From: Octopus sinensis
Lineage: Eukaryota
Direction: 5' to 3'
DNA: 64,000 nt
Assembly: GCF_006345805.1 (NCBI RefSeq)
Contig: NC_043001.1
Location: 44,764,001 to 44,828,000, forward strand
Part shown: positions 36,533-49,559 of the stretch, in pieces
Layout of the letters: every line of letters begins with the position of its first letter
How positions within the stretch are numbered: position 1 is the first letter of the stretch
Program-made: the position numbers and the translations under genes
Notes under the pieces: model-generated
Told to the model about the DNA's origin: nothing
Databases searched by the model: none
The model's input: the letters and a program-made list of their open reading frames with translations, nothing else

Positions 36533-36694
36533 ATATGCACACACACAACACGTTTCTTTTAGTTTTCCTCTACGAAATCCACCCAGCCCAAGGCTATGGT
36601 AGAAAATACTTGCCCTAGGTACCACACAGTGGAACTGAACTCAGAATCATGTGGTTAAGAAGCAAACTTCTAACCACACAGCCACACCTGTGCC
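35690..36694 (-). mobile_element. Family A SINE whose internal microsatellite has expanded to ~650 bp (35895-36545)
   Basis: Tail tcttttacttgtttcagtcat at the left, head accacacagccacacctgtgcc at the right, (TA/CA)n at the usual internal position. Confidence 0.85.
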
Positions 36695-36897
36695 TATAAA
36701 AGTTGCGTCTAGGTGGCTATGGAAAATCAAACTCCGTACCTCTCAGATATTGACTGTGTGCTCTGGACCATTCACCTAAGTGGTCCTCAACAAATTCAAA
36801 TCACTATTATTATCATTATTGCTGTTAGCACTAATGATGAGGAAATACACAATGACAAAAACTCTTTACAATATATATTTCTATCTCCTAAGTTTCA

Positions 36898-37119
36898 CCC
36901 TTTTCATACCAACCTACCCATGAACACCCCTCATTCCATGTTACAAACTTTCTGTTTTAAAGTGATCTAAATCAAAGCCTTCCATCAAATTTTCATGTTT
37001 GTTTATGTTTCAAACACCAGCTTAATAATGACAAACTTATTTCACTAAATTCTTCATCGTTTTCAAAATTAATTGAAACAAAGCAGATTTCTTCAACAGA
37101 AATAATGGTAACAAAAGGT
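36898..37119. mobile_element. piggyBac-type MITE
   Basis: cccttttcatacc ... ggtaacaaaaggt|ttaa. Confidence 0.65.
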
Positions 37120-37635
37120 TTAAGACAGCCCAAGTTTCATGACAAGTAATTCATTAGGCAGAATCATAAGAGTATAAGATAAAATGCTTTCTGGTATTTG
37201 TTCCAGCACCCTGAATTCAAATATCGCTGAGGTCAACTTTGTTTTACATTCTTTGGAGATTAATAAAATAAAGTACAAGTCTAGGCAGGTGGATTGGTGG
37301 AATTAAATGTCAGGTGAAATGCCTTTCAGTATTCATTCTGGTTCTTTGTATTCTGAATTCTTGATTTAATGTTTCACCCAGTTTAACACCACCATCTGGC
37401 TTTCAGGTATCAAAAGTGGGGATGATTCTGTTGCAAGTTTTTCTACCAGGTCTCCAGTTTGAAGATAACTTCACTATTTTTCTTTTCTCCAGTCTTGGAG
37501 GCCCTTGCCCTTCCTTCCCTTACCAAGCAGTAAAAAAAAAAAAATCTGTCAGATCTGTCAATAAGTTAATGAACAGGCATGAATTGGGAGTTTATTCAAT
37601 CAAATGTACCCCTCTGCAATAAAAAATAAATAATA

Positions 37636-37814
37636 ATCCTTTCTACTAAAGGCACAAAGGCTGAAATTTTGGGGGCTTGTTCTACTTGTATTTAATTTAT
37701 TGATCCTGAAAGGATGAAAGCAAAGTTGATCTTGGCAGAATTTGAACTCAGAATATAAAGACTGATGAAACACAGCTAAGCATTTTGCCCAGTATGCTAA
37801 CAATTCTGCCAGCT
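37636..37814 (-). mobile_element. Family B SINE, CpG-decayed
   Basis: ggcacaaagg..ggatgaaagcaaagttgatcttggcagaatttgaactcagaat..gctaacaattctgccagc. Confidence 0.8.
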
Positions 37815-37842
37815 TATTATTATTGCCAGCAGCAGCAGCAGC

Positions 37843-37887
<45 letters not shown>

Positions 37888-38237
37888 CACCATCATTATT
37901 ATTATTATTAAATAAGTAAAATTATTATTAAATAAGTAAAATATTTCAAAAATAAAGATATCATTATTGTTACACTGTAGACTAAAACAGCAACTTTTTA
38001 TACCAGCATATAAGAACAATGGAAGCAAGAGAGTTCAAGTACCTCAGTCAACTCCCAATTTATTTGCAATTCTTCAGGAGAGGAAGGACAATGCACATAA
38101 TCTTTTTCAGGGCCTCAGAGACTGGTGGGAAGAAGTTAATCTCAGATCAGAAACCTGGTCTAAATGCTTGCCACAAAGTGAACTCTGCTAAAGGCACCTA
38201 AGTGCCATGTAGTAATATTAACCAGGCTACAGATTAA

Positions 38238-38458
38238 CCCTTTTGATACCAACCCGGCTGAAACCGGCTCTGGCTCTTTAGTATAAATGTCTTGTTTTCA
38301 TAAGTTTTGAATTCAAATCTTCCACCAAACCTTAGTCACAATTTATGTTCCTAGCACTAGCTTAATGATAATGATGTTATTTTACTAAATTCTTTGTTAT
38401 ATTTAAAATAATTTGAAGAAATACAGAGCATCTCAAAATAAATACAGTAACGAAAGGG
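38238..38458. mobile_element. piggyBac-type MITE
   Basis: ttaa|cccttttgatacc ... gtaacgaaaggg. Confidence 0.7.
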
Positions 38459-38949
38459 GACTGACCCCTCTAAATAGATTTCCAGTTTTTTTTGTTTGGG
38501 AAATTCCAATCACATGAAGAACATGAGTGAAAACATCTGCCCAAGGTACCATGCAGTGGGATCAAACTGAAAACCATGTAGCTACAAAATGGATTTCTTA
38601 ATTACACAGACATGTATACACCTATTATTGAAACTTAGAACAGCATTGATGTAGTAAGTAATCAACAAATTTGTCATGCAATGAGACATACAGAAAAAAA
38701 AAACACATACATAAAATGGGAAGGACAATAAATACACAAATAAATAAAAAACAAAAGCCAGCATCATTGATTCCAATAAATAAGTAACTACAGATAGATA
38801 GGTGCCACCCATTTACTACCCTCGTGTGTTGGTAATGGGTAGCTCCTTACTCATGTGCATTGAAACCAGAACATTCCATCAATAATGGCAAAGAAGTCAA
38901 TAAAATCAATCAGTCTCTCTCCAGCATACACAATCATACAGCTTTTATA

Positions 38950-38964
38950 TATATACATTATATA

Positions 38965-39020
<56 letters not shown>

Positions 39021-39195
39021 CACACACACGTGTTCTAATGCTATATACATATGCATTTATGTGCATATATATCCACACACACTTATGCATGTACACACAT
39101 ACAAACAAATATCTAAGTATATATGCACCAAACAAATAAGTCTTCATATGTGTGTGTGTGTGTGTGTGTGTGTATGCTTATTCATGCGTACATAC

Positions 39196-39285
<90 letters not shown>

Positions 39286-39310
39286 AGGGAAAGAAAGAGA
39301 GAGAGAGAAG
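38950..39310. repeat. Compound (TA)n/(TG)n/(GA)n microsatellite
   Basis: Directly visible. Confidence 0.95.
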
Positions 39311-39851
39311 GAAACAGAAGTGAACGCGAGAGCAACAGAGATATGAAATTATGACTAAAAGAGAAAGCAAAACAGCAAAGAGAAAATAGGAAGAACAATA
39401 ATTCCTTTCACTGAACACACACTCCATCTCTTTCTATCTCTTTCTCTCTCTCAGCTAAATACAAAATCGGAAGAATTTTTTGTACCCGGTTTTTACATGC
39501 TTATCTTTCCAATCTTAGTTTTCTACATAGAACAACATATAGAAAGACACAAACATGAATATATACCATGAATCCTACTTCACTCACCATGGGAGCCCAC
39601 TCTCTCAGGCTCTCTATTCACCAGCACATCTGCGTAACTCTTGCCACACACAGCTACATACATTCATATACACATCAATGGTAAAAGCCTAATATCTCTT
39701 TCAAATCTATATACATATAGATATATGTATTATTCATTCATATGAATCATAGGTGTGTGTGTGTGTATGTGTGCATATATATACATATAAAGAAGGAGAG
39801 AGAGAACGAGAGAAATGAATATAGATTTCTAGATATGTATATCTAGCTATT

Positions 39852-39887
<36 letters not shown>

Positions 39888-40019
39888 CACACACACACAC
39901 AATATATATATATATATATATATATATTTGATGAGGTATCTGTTAGTCTTTATATATATATATACACACACACAATATATATATACATATGCTATATATT
40001 TGATGAGGTATCTGTTAGT

Positions 40020-40066
<47 letters not shown>

Positions 40067-40204
40067 TGCATTTGTATATATAGATATGAAGATATATATA
40101 CATTTGTGTATGTATATATACACACATACATTCATTTGTATGTATATATATATATATATATGCACACACACACACACACATATATATATGTATGCATACA
40201 TATA

Positions 40205-43200
40205 TTTGAGGAGGTATCTGTTAATCTTGTATGACCATGGACCTACACCTAAACACATAAAGATTTTATGGTTTTGTAGAGACATGCGAGTGGCAGTTCT
40301 GGTTGCAGTGTCTACAACTGAAGGCTATGTCCACTCAGAAAGTCTCATCTTAGTGCAGCATTTTCTTCATCAGCAATCATCAGTCTCTCCTCTCATACTT
40401 CTAAACCCTTGTCTGGTACCTATCTCTAACAGGAGCGATCATCTGCAATGACCAGCCACTTTTCAACATTCATATGACTCTTGCAAACATCTTTGAAACA
40501 AAGATGGTGGTTGTCCATGTGTTCTTTTATTAGAAGAAAGTTCACCATAAAGCAGATCTGTTGCGATACTCTCATTCGATTTGCAGTGTATATGGCCCAC
40601 TATAATGGCTGTCTGTGCACAAGCAAAACCCTTGCTATTGGTGACTGAAGACTCCACTTGATGGTCAGACTCGATCTAAGACTGCATAGATATAAGACAC
40701 AGAGATATAGCTCTTGTCTGACATAGATGTTCCAAATGTCACTGCCATAGAACAGTGTGTTAAGGACACAAATTCTATAAACTACCACCTTGGTGTACAG
40801 TGTCAGCTTATTCTTCTCTCAAGCCCTCGCTATTAATCTAGCTAGTGTTGAAACAGCTCTTCCAATTTGCTTGTTTATCTCACACTCTAGGGAAAGGTCG
40901 TCTGATGATGGAGCAGAGTATGTAAAGACATAGAATGCTTCTAGCTAACAGTTGTTAATTGTAGGAGAATGTTCAATACTTTAGCTTAGCATTTTTGTGT
41001 TCTTCAGAATGATGGTTAAGCCAAAATTTTGACAGACTCTAACAAGGCTATTTATGAGGCATCACAATTGGTCCTTCAAGTGTGTTGCCAGTGCTGCAAA
41101 TAGTATATTCCTAATGAGTATTTTGTGTACTTTGGTTTTCAGCCTCAATTGAAAGACTGTTTCACTCCAATGCAAATACTGAATGGTTCTGAGGAAGAGT
41201 CATCAAATTGAATGACCTCTTTCATGTTTGTGTAGAGTAGTTAAACAATCCTGAGTAGCAACAAAGGGCACCCATTCTTGGCAAGAATTTTGAACTATCT
41301 CTGCAACAATGCTGTGACTCAGAGTATATCCTTCCAATGCTTTTCTGTAGTTTGTTTAGGACCATACAAATGAAGATCATTCCAGTGATGCTCAGCAAGG
41401 AGATTCCTCTATAGCTGCTGCATTCACTCCTAACTGCTGTTCTTGTACAGGTTAACAACATTGCCTTTTCCTATGTCCTGAGGGAGTACTCCTTTCCAGC
41501 ACTGGCACAGCATTCTGAGGTGATGCAATAAGATGCCCATTGCATACTTGATTACCTCTGGTAGAACGCCATTCAATCCCAGTACCTTGCCAGTAGGAAG
41601 ACAATCAATACCTTCACTTAGTTCTTCAACTGTCAGTAGTGTATCCAGTTCCTCTATCATTGACAGACATTCCGTGGTGTCTAGTAGACTGTTCAAAACA
41701 GTGTTATCTACAGATCTGAGTTTAGAGTAATATTCTACCCACCATTCCATCTGCTTGCCTTTGTCTTTGATGATCTCTTTTCTTATAGTTTTCACTGGTG
41801 CTGTCTTGCTCATAGTTGGACCAACAGTCTTCTTTATCTCCTCATACATTTTATGATGCTACTTGTGTCAAATGATGACTGAATGCCTAAGTGGAGTTGT
41901 AACCAGTCATCATTTGCACAGTATCTGGCTGTTTTCTGGGCCTTTCATCTTGCTGTTCTTGATGTTTGCAAGGTAGTTTGGAAGGGGTGATGTTCATATC
42001 TAAGTAATGCAATACACTTTGCCTTAATGATAGTGGTGAGCTTTCCCGAACTTGCTTCAAATCAATCTTGCATCTTGTACTGTTTCTTACCAAAAGCCTT
42101 CATTGCAGCATCCCAGAGAGAATCTCATCTCACCTATGCCTCTACATCTAAAGGAGAGAGGAGTCTGCATACAGGGCAGAACTATTCTACTTTACTTGGG
42201 TGTCATGTCATAGCAGAATCAATGCACTGCTTGCCAGGTAATTTTATATGGTGTATCTCCTTTGGCTGTGTTGCAGTCAGCACTCTGGAAGGATTGAGTC
42301 CTGAGCATATTCTTCAAATGACAACATTTTGTAATTTACAGATCTAGTTGGTGCCAGTGTTTGGAGTGAGGATGTCTCCAAAACACTTTGTGCAGGGTTT
42401 TATTTTGGAAGTAAGTATTGATCCATGGAGCATGCAAGACTCAAGCAATCATTATCTGTTGTGTCATTTATGCACCCAATCCTGTGCTGCCCAGACAATT
42501 TGACTGGAATTTATTGCTAGCACCTATTCAGGCATTGAAGTCACTAAACAATAGTAGTTGTTCTTGGTTTGGAGTCTCCTTAAGTGTACTTGAGAGCTAG
42601 TCATAAAATTCATCCTTTGTAAAGGATCTGGGCATTAACCTGATAAGATCTACAGGCTTGTCAGTTGTATAGAGCTAAAGTGAGAAAATCCTCCCAGTCC
42701 TTCTCTTGCTGGATTCCAGTTTTAGCAATAAATTTTTCAAGCCAATATCATACCCTATGGTCTCATCTAAGCACTTTCCATGTCAGAAAAAGGCATAGTC
42801 TCTTTTGTACAGAGTTGTCAATTCTGCAAGATGTGTTTCTTGTATTGTTGCAATGTCCACTTGAAACTTTAGTAGTTTGTTCTTAATTACTGCAGTTTTT
42901 TGAGTAGTAATTAACAACAAACTGGATTATCACATAATCTTCAGAAGGTTATGTGATAGTCCAGAGGTCATAGTCTGTACATTACCACATTCCCTAGTGC
43001 CTAGTGAGATAGGTAGGTAATGGTGAGACAGCACCTAACTGGCTCGGGTATGTCCAGCTTGTGGTAAACAATAGCTGTACAGTAAGACACACTGGTCTCT
43101 CCTTTTATCAAAAGCTGCTCCTGATGCTTTGCTCCACAACAGTTTGAGCAAAGGTTTATAATCAATAAACTGTTGCTTTCTATATAGTGCCGGGGAGTCC

Positions 43201-43680
43201 TTTGAAAGGTTCAGCCTGTGCAGGGTTAGTATGTGAGATCAGAGTTGCCCATGTAGCAGGTCTCCTCTCTCCACACTACTGGAAGAGCAAAGTTCAGTAG
43301 AGCTTGGCACCAGTATTGTTGCAGAAGTCACAAGGACAATGTTGAACAGCCTTAATGATTTCAGCAACAGATTTTTCCTTAGGGTTGAACTTTCCAACTT
43401 CTCCGTGGTTGGCTATTGCTGCAAAGCAGCAAAAGCTTGAGGTCAGAGCTTGCTCTCTCTAGATGGATTGCCTTCCCAGACAGATGATTCCCATCTACCC
43501 AAAACACTGGTGTTAAGAGGCCAGCATTTGACTTTGTTCCATCTCCTGTCAGTACAAATACAATTCCATTAAACTTAGATGCTAAATCACACAAGGCCAG
43601 AGTTGAACTTGGTTACCACCAATTAGCTGAGATGATTGCCATGCAAGGCATTTCTAGTAGTGGGAGCTTATCCACACTAT
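40205..43680 (-). mobile_element. Near full-length decayed RTE (BovB-like) LINE
   Basis: Minus-strand fragments YRGISLLSITG..ESQH, VYRICVLNTLFYGSDIW, GHI..LLYGELSSNKRTHGQP, a C-x2-C C-terminus, and an RTE-type 5' UTR (ggcaatccatctagagagagcaagctctga). Confidence 0.85.
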
Positions 43681-43699
43681 ACACAAACAAGACAGACAC

Positions 43700-43700
43700 G

Positions 43701-43735
<35 letters not shown>

Positions 43736-43770
43736 TATATATAATATATATATATATATATATAATATAT

Positions 43771-43804
<34 letters not shown>

Positions 43805-43950
43805 ATATATATATATATATATAATAATATATATATATATATAAAATATATATATATAATATATATATATATATATAATATATATATAAATAAATATATA
43901 TATATAATATATATATATAAATAAATATATATATATAATATATATATATA

Positions 43951-43992
<42 letters not shown>

Positions 43993-44115
43993 TAATATAT
44001 AATATATAAATAAATATATATATATATTATATATATATAAATAAATATATATATATATATATATAAATAAATATATATATATATATATAAATAAATATAT
44101 ATATATATATATATA
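43700..44115. repeat. (TA)n microsatellite with taa/aataa interruptions
   Basis: Directly visible. Confidence 0.97.
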
Positions 44116-44690
44116 TCATCATCATCATCATCGTTTAACGTCCGCTTTCCATGCTAGCATGGATTGGACGGTCAACTGGGGTCTGGCAAGCCCGAAGGCT
44201 GCACCAGGCCAGTCAGATCTGGCAGTGTTTCTACAGCTGAATGCCCTTCCTAACGCCAACCACTCCGAGAGTGTAGTGGGTGATTTTATGTGCCACCGAC
44301 ACAGGTGCCAGACGAGGCTGGCAGACGGCCACGCTCGGATGGTGTTTTTTATGTGCCACCGACACAGGTGCCAGACGAGGCTGGCAGACAGCCACGCTCG
44401 GATGGTGTTTTCTTATGTGTCACCGACACAGGTGCCAGACAAGGCTGGCGAACGGCCATGCTCGGATGGTGTTTGTTACGTGCCCTCAGCACGGAGGCCA
44501 GTCGATGTGGTACTGGCTACGGTCACGTTCGGATGGTTTTCTTATGTGCCACCGGCACTGGTACCACAAGGATACAAATTCCATTGATGTTCATCTATTT
44601 TGATTTGGTTTGATTTGATTTGATTTTCACTTGCCTCAACAGGTCTTCACAAGTGTCACAAGAAGGAAGGTATGCACAGGTGGACTGACT
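44116..44690 (-). mobile_element. Young RTE 3' UTR fragment with an internal 63-66 bp tandem repeat
   Basis: (atc)n tail then gtttaacgtccgctttccatgctagcatgg; homologous to 49965-50350; repeat units start at 44288, 44351, 44415, 44478 and 44544. Confidence 0.8.
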
Positions 44691-45354
44691 ATATATATAT
44701 ACATACACTTCTAAATGTATGTATAAATGTGAGAGTATATATATATATTAAACAGTTAATTAGTATAAGAATTAGACCTTGATCTTAGTCATATATATGA
44801 GAGTTTGAAAGTAATGCAAATAAAAACTGTGTTACTTTCCAACTCATCCTTATATGTATAGTAGTGTATATATATATACACACACATACACATATTTATA
44901 TACAACATATATACCAATATCATGTAAAACGCACCTGTGAATTGTAGTCATGGTCATTGCTGGTGACATGAAAATGACAGACAGACAGAGAGAAAGAAAT
45001 ATATACAATTTTTAGATCAGTTCAAATAGATTTGAGGCATATTTGACCATATTTCCACTGTTTTGCCATGGAGAAAATTTATCACTTTAGGTGAAAGGTG
45101 TAAAACATTCAAGTCACTTCAGAGCATCCAATGGATTAATATATACACTTTGAGCTCTTTATGCTCTCATCAGCATTAGACAAGTTGGATAACACTGAAG
45201 GCTTCCAGTCATTTCAGAGCACCCACTCATTTCATAGTCCATAGCGGTTGCTCTGAAATGACTTTCACATTTTTTACCTGTTCACCTATTGCCTAAAGTG
45301 AAACTTTTTCTCCAGGGAAGAAAACAGTTAAAATAGCATTTTTGATTACATATA

Positions 45355-46646
45355 TTCTTTTACTTGTTTCGGTCATTTGACTGCGGCCATGCTGGAGCAC
45401 CGCCTTTTAATTGAAGAAATCAACCCCAGGACTTATTCTTTCTAAGCCTGGTACTTATTCTGTTGGTCTCTTTTGCTGAACTACTAAGTTACAGAGAGGT
45501 AACACGAACATCAGTCGTTAAGTGATGGTGGGAGGAAACAAACACAGACACACATATATATATGTACTGGGTCATCCCATAAATAATGTTTTCAAAAGCA
45601 TGAACTAAAAGTCGAAGGGGAATGGAATAAACTACCTGCATCAACTTGCTATAAAAGCAGGTAGTAATTTTACCTTGTCCTTATTCTTAGTGCAAGTTTT
45701 GAAGAGTGCAGTTTGATTTTAACAATTTTTTATCAAAGCTATATTGGAAGTGACAAAGGAGCATATTAAAGTATATTTTTCTTTATGAGTTCAATAAAGG
45801 CAACAAAACAACGGAAAGTACAAGGAATATTAATGCAGTATATGGGGATCGGACAATAAGAGTAAGCCAGTGTCTGTGGTGGTTCCAGAAATTCTGAACT
45901 GGAAACTTAACCCTAGAAGACAAGCCTCGTCCTGGAAGAACTGTAGAACATGACAAGAACATCTTGCAAACTCTGGTGTGACAAAATCCTATTGAAACTC
46001 TTGAGTAACTAGCAGAGAAGCTTAGATTTGGTGATTCAACCATTCATCAACACCTGTGCTAGAATAAAAACAATTATCTTTAGTTTCAAGACAAAAGATG
46101 TTCTTCCAGGAGGATAATGCTTGGCCACATACAACAAGGATGACATTCAAAAGGCTGAAGCAATGGGAAATGATGTCCCACCCACCATATTCACCAGACA
46201 TTGCCCCATCTGATTATCATTTATTCCGCTGTCATTAAAATCATTTGGACAGAAAAAATATGAATTCTGTAGATGAGGTCAGAACAGTACTGGAGGAGTA
46301 TTTTTCATCATGCACAAGTGAATTTTGGAAGAGGAGCCTTACAAGTCAAACTACAGATAGATGGAAAAGCATTGTAGAAAACAAAGGAGAATATACTTTA
46401 GAGTAAAAAAGAAATTTGTTTACCTTAATTTTGAAAAATAAAAGAAGTGTAAAAATAAACACATTATTTAAGGGACAACCCAATATATACAACAGGTTTC
46501 TTTTCAGTTTCCATTAACTAAATCCTCTCACAAGGGTTTGGTCAGCTCAAGGCTATAGTAGATGACACTTGTCCAAGGTGGCCCACAGTGGGGACTGAAT
46601 CCGGAACCATGTGGTTGAAAAGCAAGCTTCTTACCACACAGCCATG
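45355..46646 (-). mobile_element. Family A SINE split by a mariner insertion
   Basis: 3' half 45355-45560, 5' half 46490-46646; mariner sits in the internal (TA)n. Confidence 0.85.
45567..46483 (+). mobile_element. Internally deleted mariner (DD34D-type) transposon, 917 bp
   Basis: TIRs ctgggtcatcccataaataatg / cattatttaagggacaacccaa, TA flanks; HTH region YEFNKG..WFQKF..LEDKPRPGR and catalytic FQEDNAWPH..HPPYSPDIAPSDYHLF, with stops. Confidence 0.92.
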
Positions 46647-46703
46647 TTATGTGTGTATATATATATATATATATACACACATACATAATATACATACATA
46701 TAT

Positions 46704-46751
<48 letters not shown>

Positions 46752-46763
46752 CATATATATATA

Positions 46764-47145
46764 GGCATAGGAGTGGCTGTGTGGCAGCTTGTTTACCAAC
46801 CACATGGTTCCGGGTTCAGTCCAACTGTGTGGCACCTTGGGCAAGTGTCTTCTACTATAGCCTCAGGTCAACTACAGCCTTGTAAGTGGATTTGGTAGAC
46901 GGAAACTGAAAGCAGCTCGTCGTATATGTGTGTGCGTGTGTATGTTTGCGTGCCTGTGTTTGTCCCCTCAAAATCGCTTGACAACCGATGCTGGTGTGTT
47001 TACGTCACTGTAACTTAGCAGTTCAGCAAAAGAGACCAATAGAATAGGTACTAAGCATACAAAGAATAAGTCCTGGGGTCAATTTGCTCAACTAAAGATG
47101 GTGCTCCAGCACGGCCAGAGTCAAATGACTGAAACAAGTAAAAGA
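46764..47145 (+). mobile_element. Family A SINE, full-length
   Basis: Colinear with 14036-14418. Confidence 0.9.
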
Positions 47146-47272
47146 ATATATACATACATATATATATAAATGCTTGTATACACATCATCATCATCATCGT
47201 TTAAAGTCCGTTTTCCGTGCTAGCACGGGATATATATATATACACACATATATATACATGTATGCATACATA

Positions 47273-47412
47273 TCATCATCATCGTTTAACGTCCGTTTTC
47301 CGCGCTAGCACGGGTTGGACGGTTCGACCGGGGTCTGGGGAGCCAGGGGCTGCCCCAGGCTCCAGTCTGATCTGGCAGTGTTTCTACAGCTGGATGCCCT
47401 TCCTAACGCCAA
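47273..47412 (-). mobile_element. RTE 3'-terminal fragment (a shorter copy lies at 47183-47229)
   Basis: (atc)n gtttaacgtccgttttcc..gctggatgcccttcctaacgccaac. Confidence 0.8.
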
Positions 47413-47878
47413 CATATATATATAGACATATATATACATATACATACATGTATGCATACATATATATATATATATATTATATATATATATATATATACAT
47501 ACACATACATGTATGCATACATATATATATATATATATTGAACAGCCGAAATTGAATTGAACAGCCGAAATTTGCTATGATGATTCGGTGTCTGACTGAA
47601 GATTGAAGGCTTCGAATGATTTGTCTGTGTTCCGTGTTCGTCCCTTCCTGTATTTCACGTTCATTATATATAAAAACATTCATTCTTATATATATATATA
47701 TATATACATACACATATATATACATATATACATACACATATATATACATATATATACACATATATATACATGTATGCATACATATATATACATGTATGCA
47801 TACATATATATATATACATGTATGCATACATATATATATATATATATACATGTATGCATACATATATATACACACATA

Positions 47879-48230
47879 GGCGCAGGAGTGGCTGTGTGGT
47901 AAGTAGCTTGCTAACCAACCACACGGTTGCGGGTTCAGTCCCACTGCGTGGCATCTTGGGCAAGTGTCTTCTGCTATAGCCCCGGGCCGACCAATGCCTT
48001 GTGAGTGGATTTGGTAGACGGAAACTGAAAGAAGCCTGTCGTATATATGTATATATATGTATATGTGTGTGTGTTTGTGTTTGTCCCCCTAGCATTGCTT
48101 GACAACCGATGCTGGTGTGTTTAGGTCCCCGTCACTTAGCGGTTCGGCAAAAAGAGACCGATAGAATAAGTACTAAAAGGTGGTGCTCCAGCATGGCCGC
48201 AGTCAAAAGACTGAAACAAGTAAAAGAGTA
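47879..48230 (+). mobile_element. Family A SINE, young
   Basis: Near-identical to 14036-14418, with a short deletion near the 3' end. Confidence 0.9.
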
Positions 48231-48321
48231 AAGTAATATATACATATATACACACATATATATACATATATACACACATATACATATATATACATGTATG
48301 CATATATACATATACATATAT

Positions 48322-48625
48322 CATCATCGTCGTTTAACGTCCGTTCTCCATGCTAGCATGGGTTGGACGGTTCGACCGGGGATCTGGGAAGCCAGAAGGC
48401 TGCACCAGGCTCTAGCCTTATCTGGCAGTGTTTCTACAGCTGGATGCCCTTCCTAACGCCAACCACTCCGTGAGTGTAGTGGGTGCTTTTTACGTGCCAC
48501 CTGCACAGGTGCCAGGCGAGGCTGGCAACGGCCACGGTCGGATTGGTGTATTTTATGTGCCACCGGCACGGAAGCCAGACGAGGCGGTGCTGGCATCGGC
48601 TACGAGTCGGATGGTGCTTTTTACA
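48322..48625 (-). mobile_element. RTE 3' UTR fragment
   Basis: Same tail and head as 44116-44690, with two VNTR units. Confidence 0.8.
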
Positions 48626-49435
48626 TATATATACATATACATACATGTATGCATACATATATATATATATATATATATACATATATATACACACATATAT
48701 ATACATATATACACACATATATACACACATATATATACATATATACACACATATACATATATATACATATATATACACATATACACACATATATACACAT
48801 ATACACACATATACATATATATACATATATATACACATATATACATATATACACATATACATATATATACACATATATACACATATACATATATATACAC
48901 ATATATACACATATACATATATATACACATATATACACATATACATATATATACACATATATACACATATACATATATATACACATATATACACATATAC
49001 ATATATATACACATATACATATATATACACATATATACACATATACATATATATACACATATATACACATATACACATATATACACATATACATATATAT
49101 ACACATATATACACATATACATATAATACACATATATACACATATACATATATATACACATATATACACATATACATATATATACACATATATACACATA
49201 TACATATATATACACATATATACACATATACATATATATACACATATATACACATATACATATATATACACATATATACACATATACATATATATACACA
49301 TATATACACATATACACATATATACACATATACATATATATACACATATATACACATATACATATATATACACATATATACACATATACATATATATACA
49401 CATATACATATATACACATTACATATATATACATC
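48626..49435. repeat. TA/CA microsatellite with a 28-bp higher-order unit
   Basis: acacatatac-atatatat-acacatatat recurs, e.g. 48963-48990. Confidence 0.9.
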
Positions 49436-49559
49436 CTCATCGTTTAACATCCGCTTTCCATGCTGGCATGGGTTGGACGATTTAACTGAGGACTGGCAAG
49501 CCAGATGGCTGCACCAGGCACCAATCTGATCTGATAAAAATACAAAAGCATGTGTGTAT

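Noticed and set aside
44159-44613. Three overlapping repetitive ORFs
   Set aside because: They translate the 63-bp VNTR of an RTE 3' UTR.
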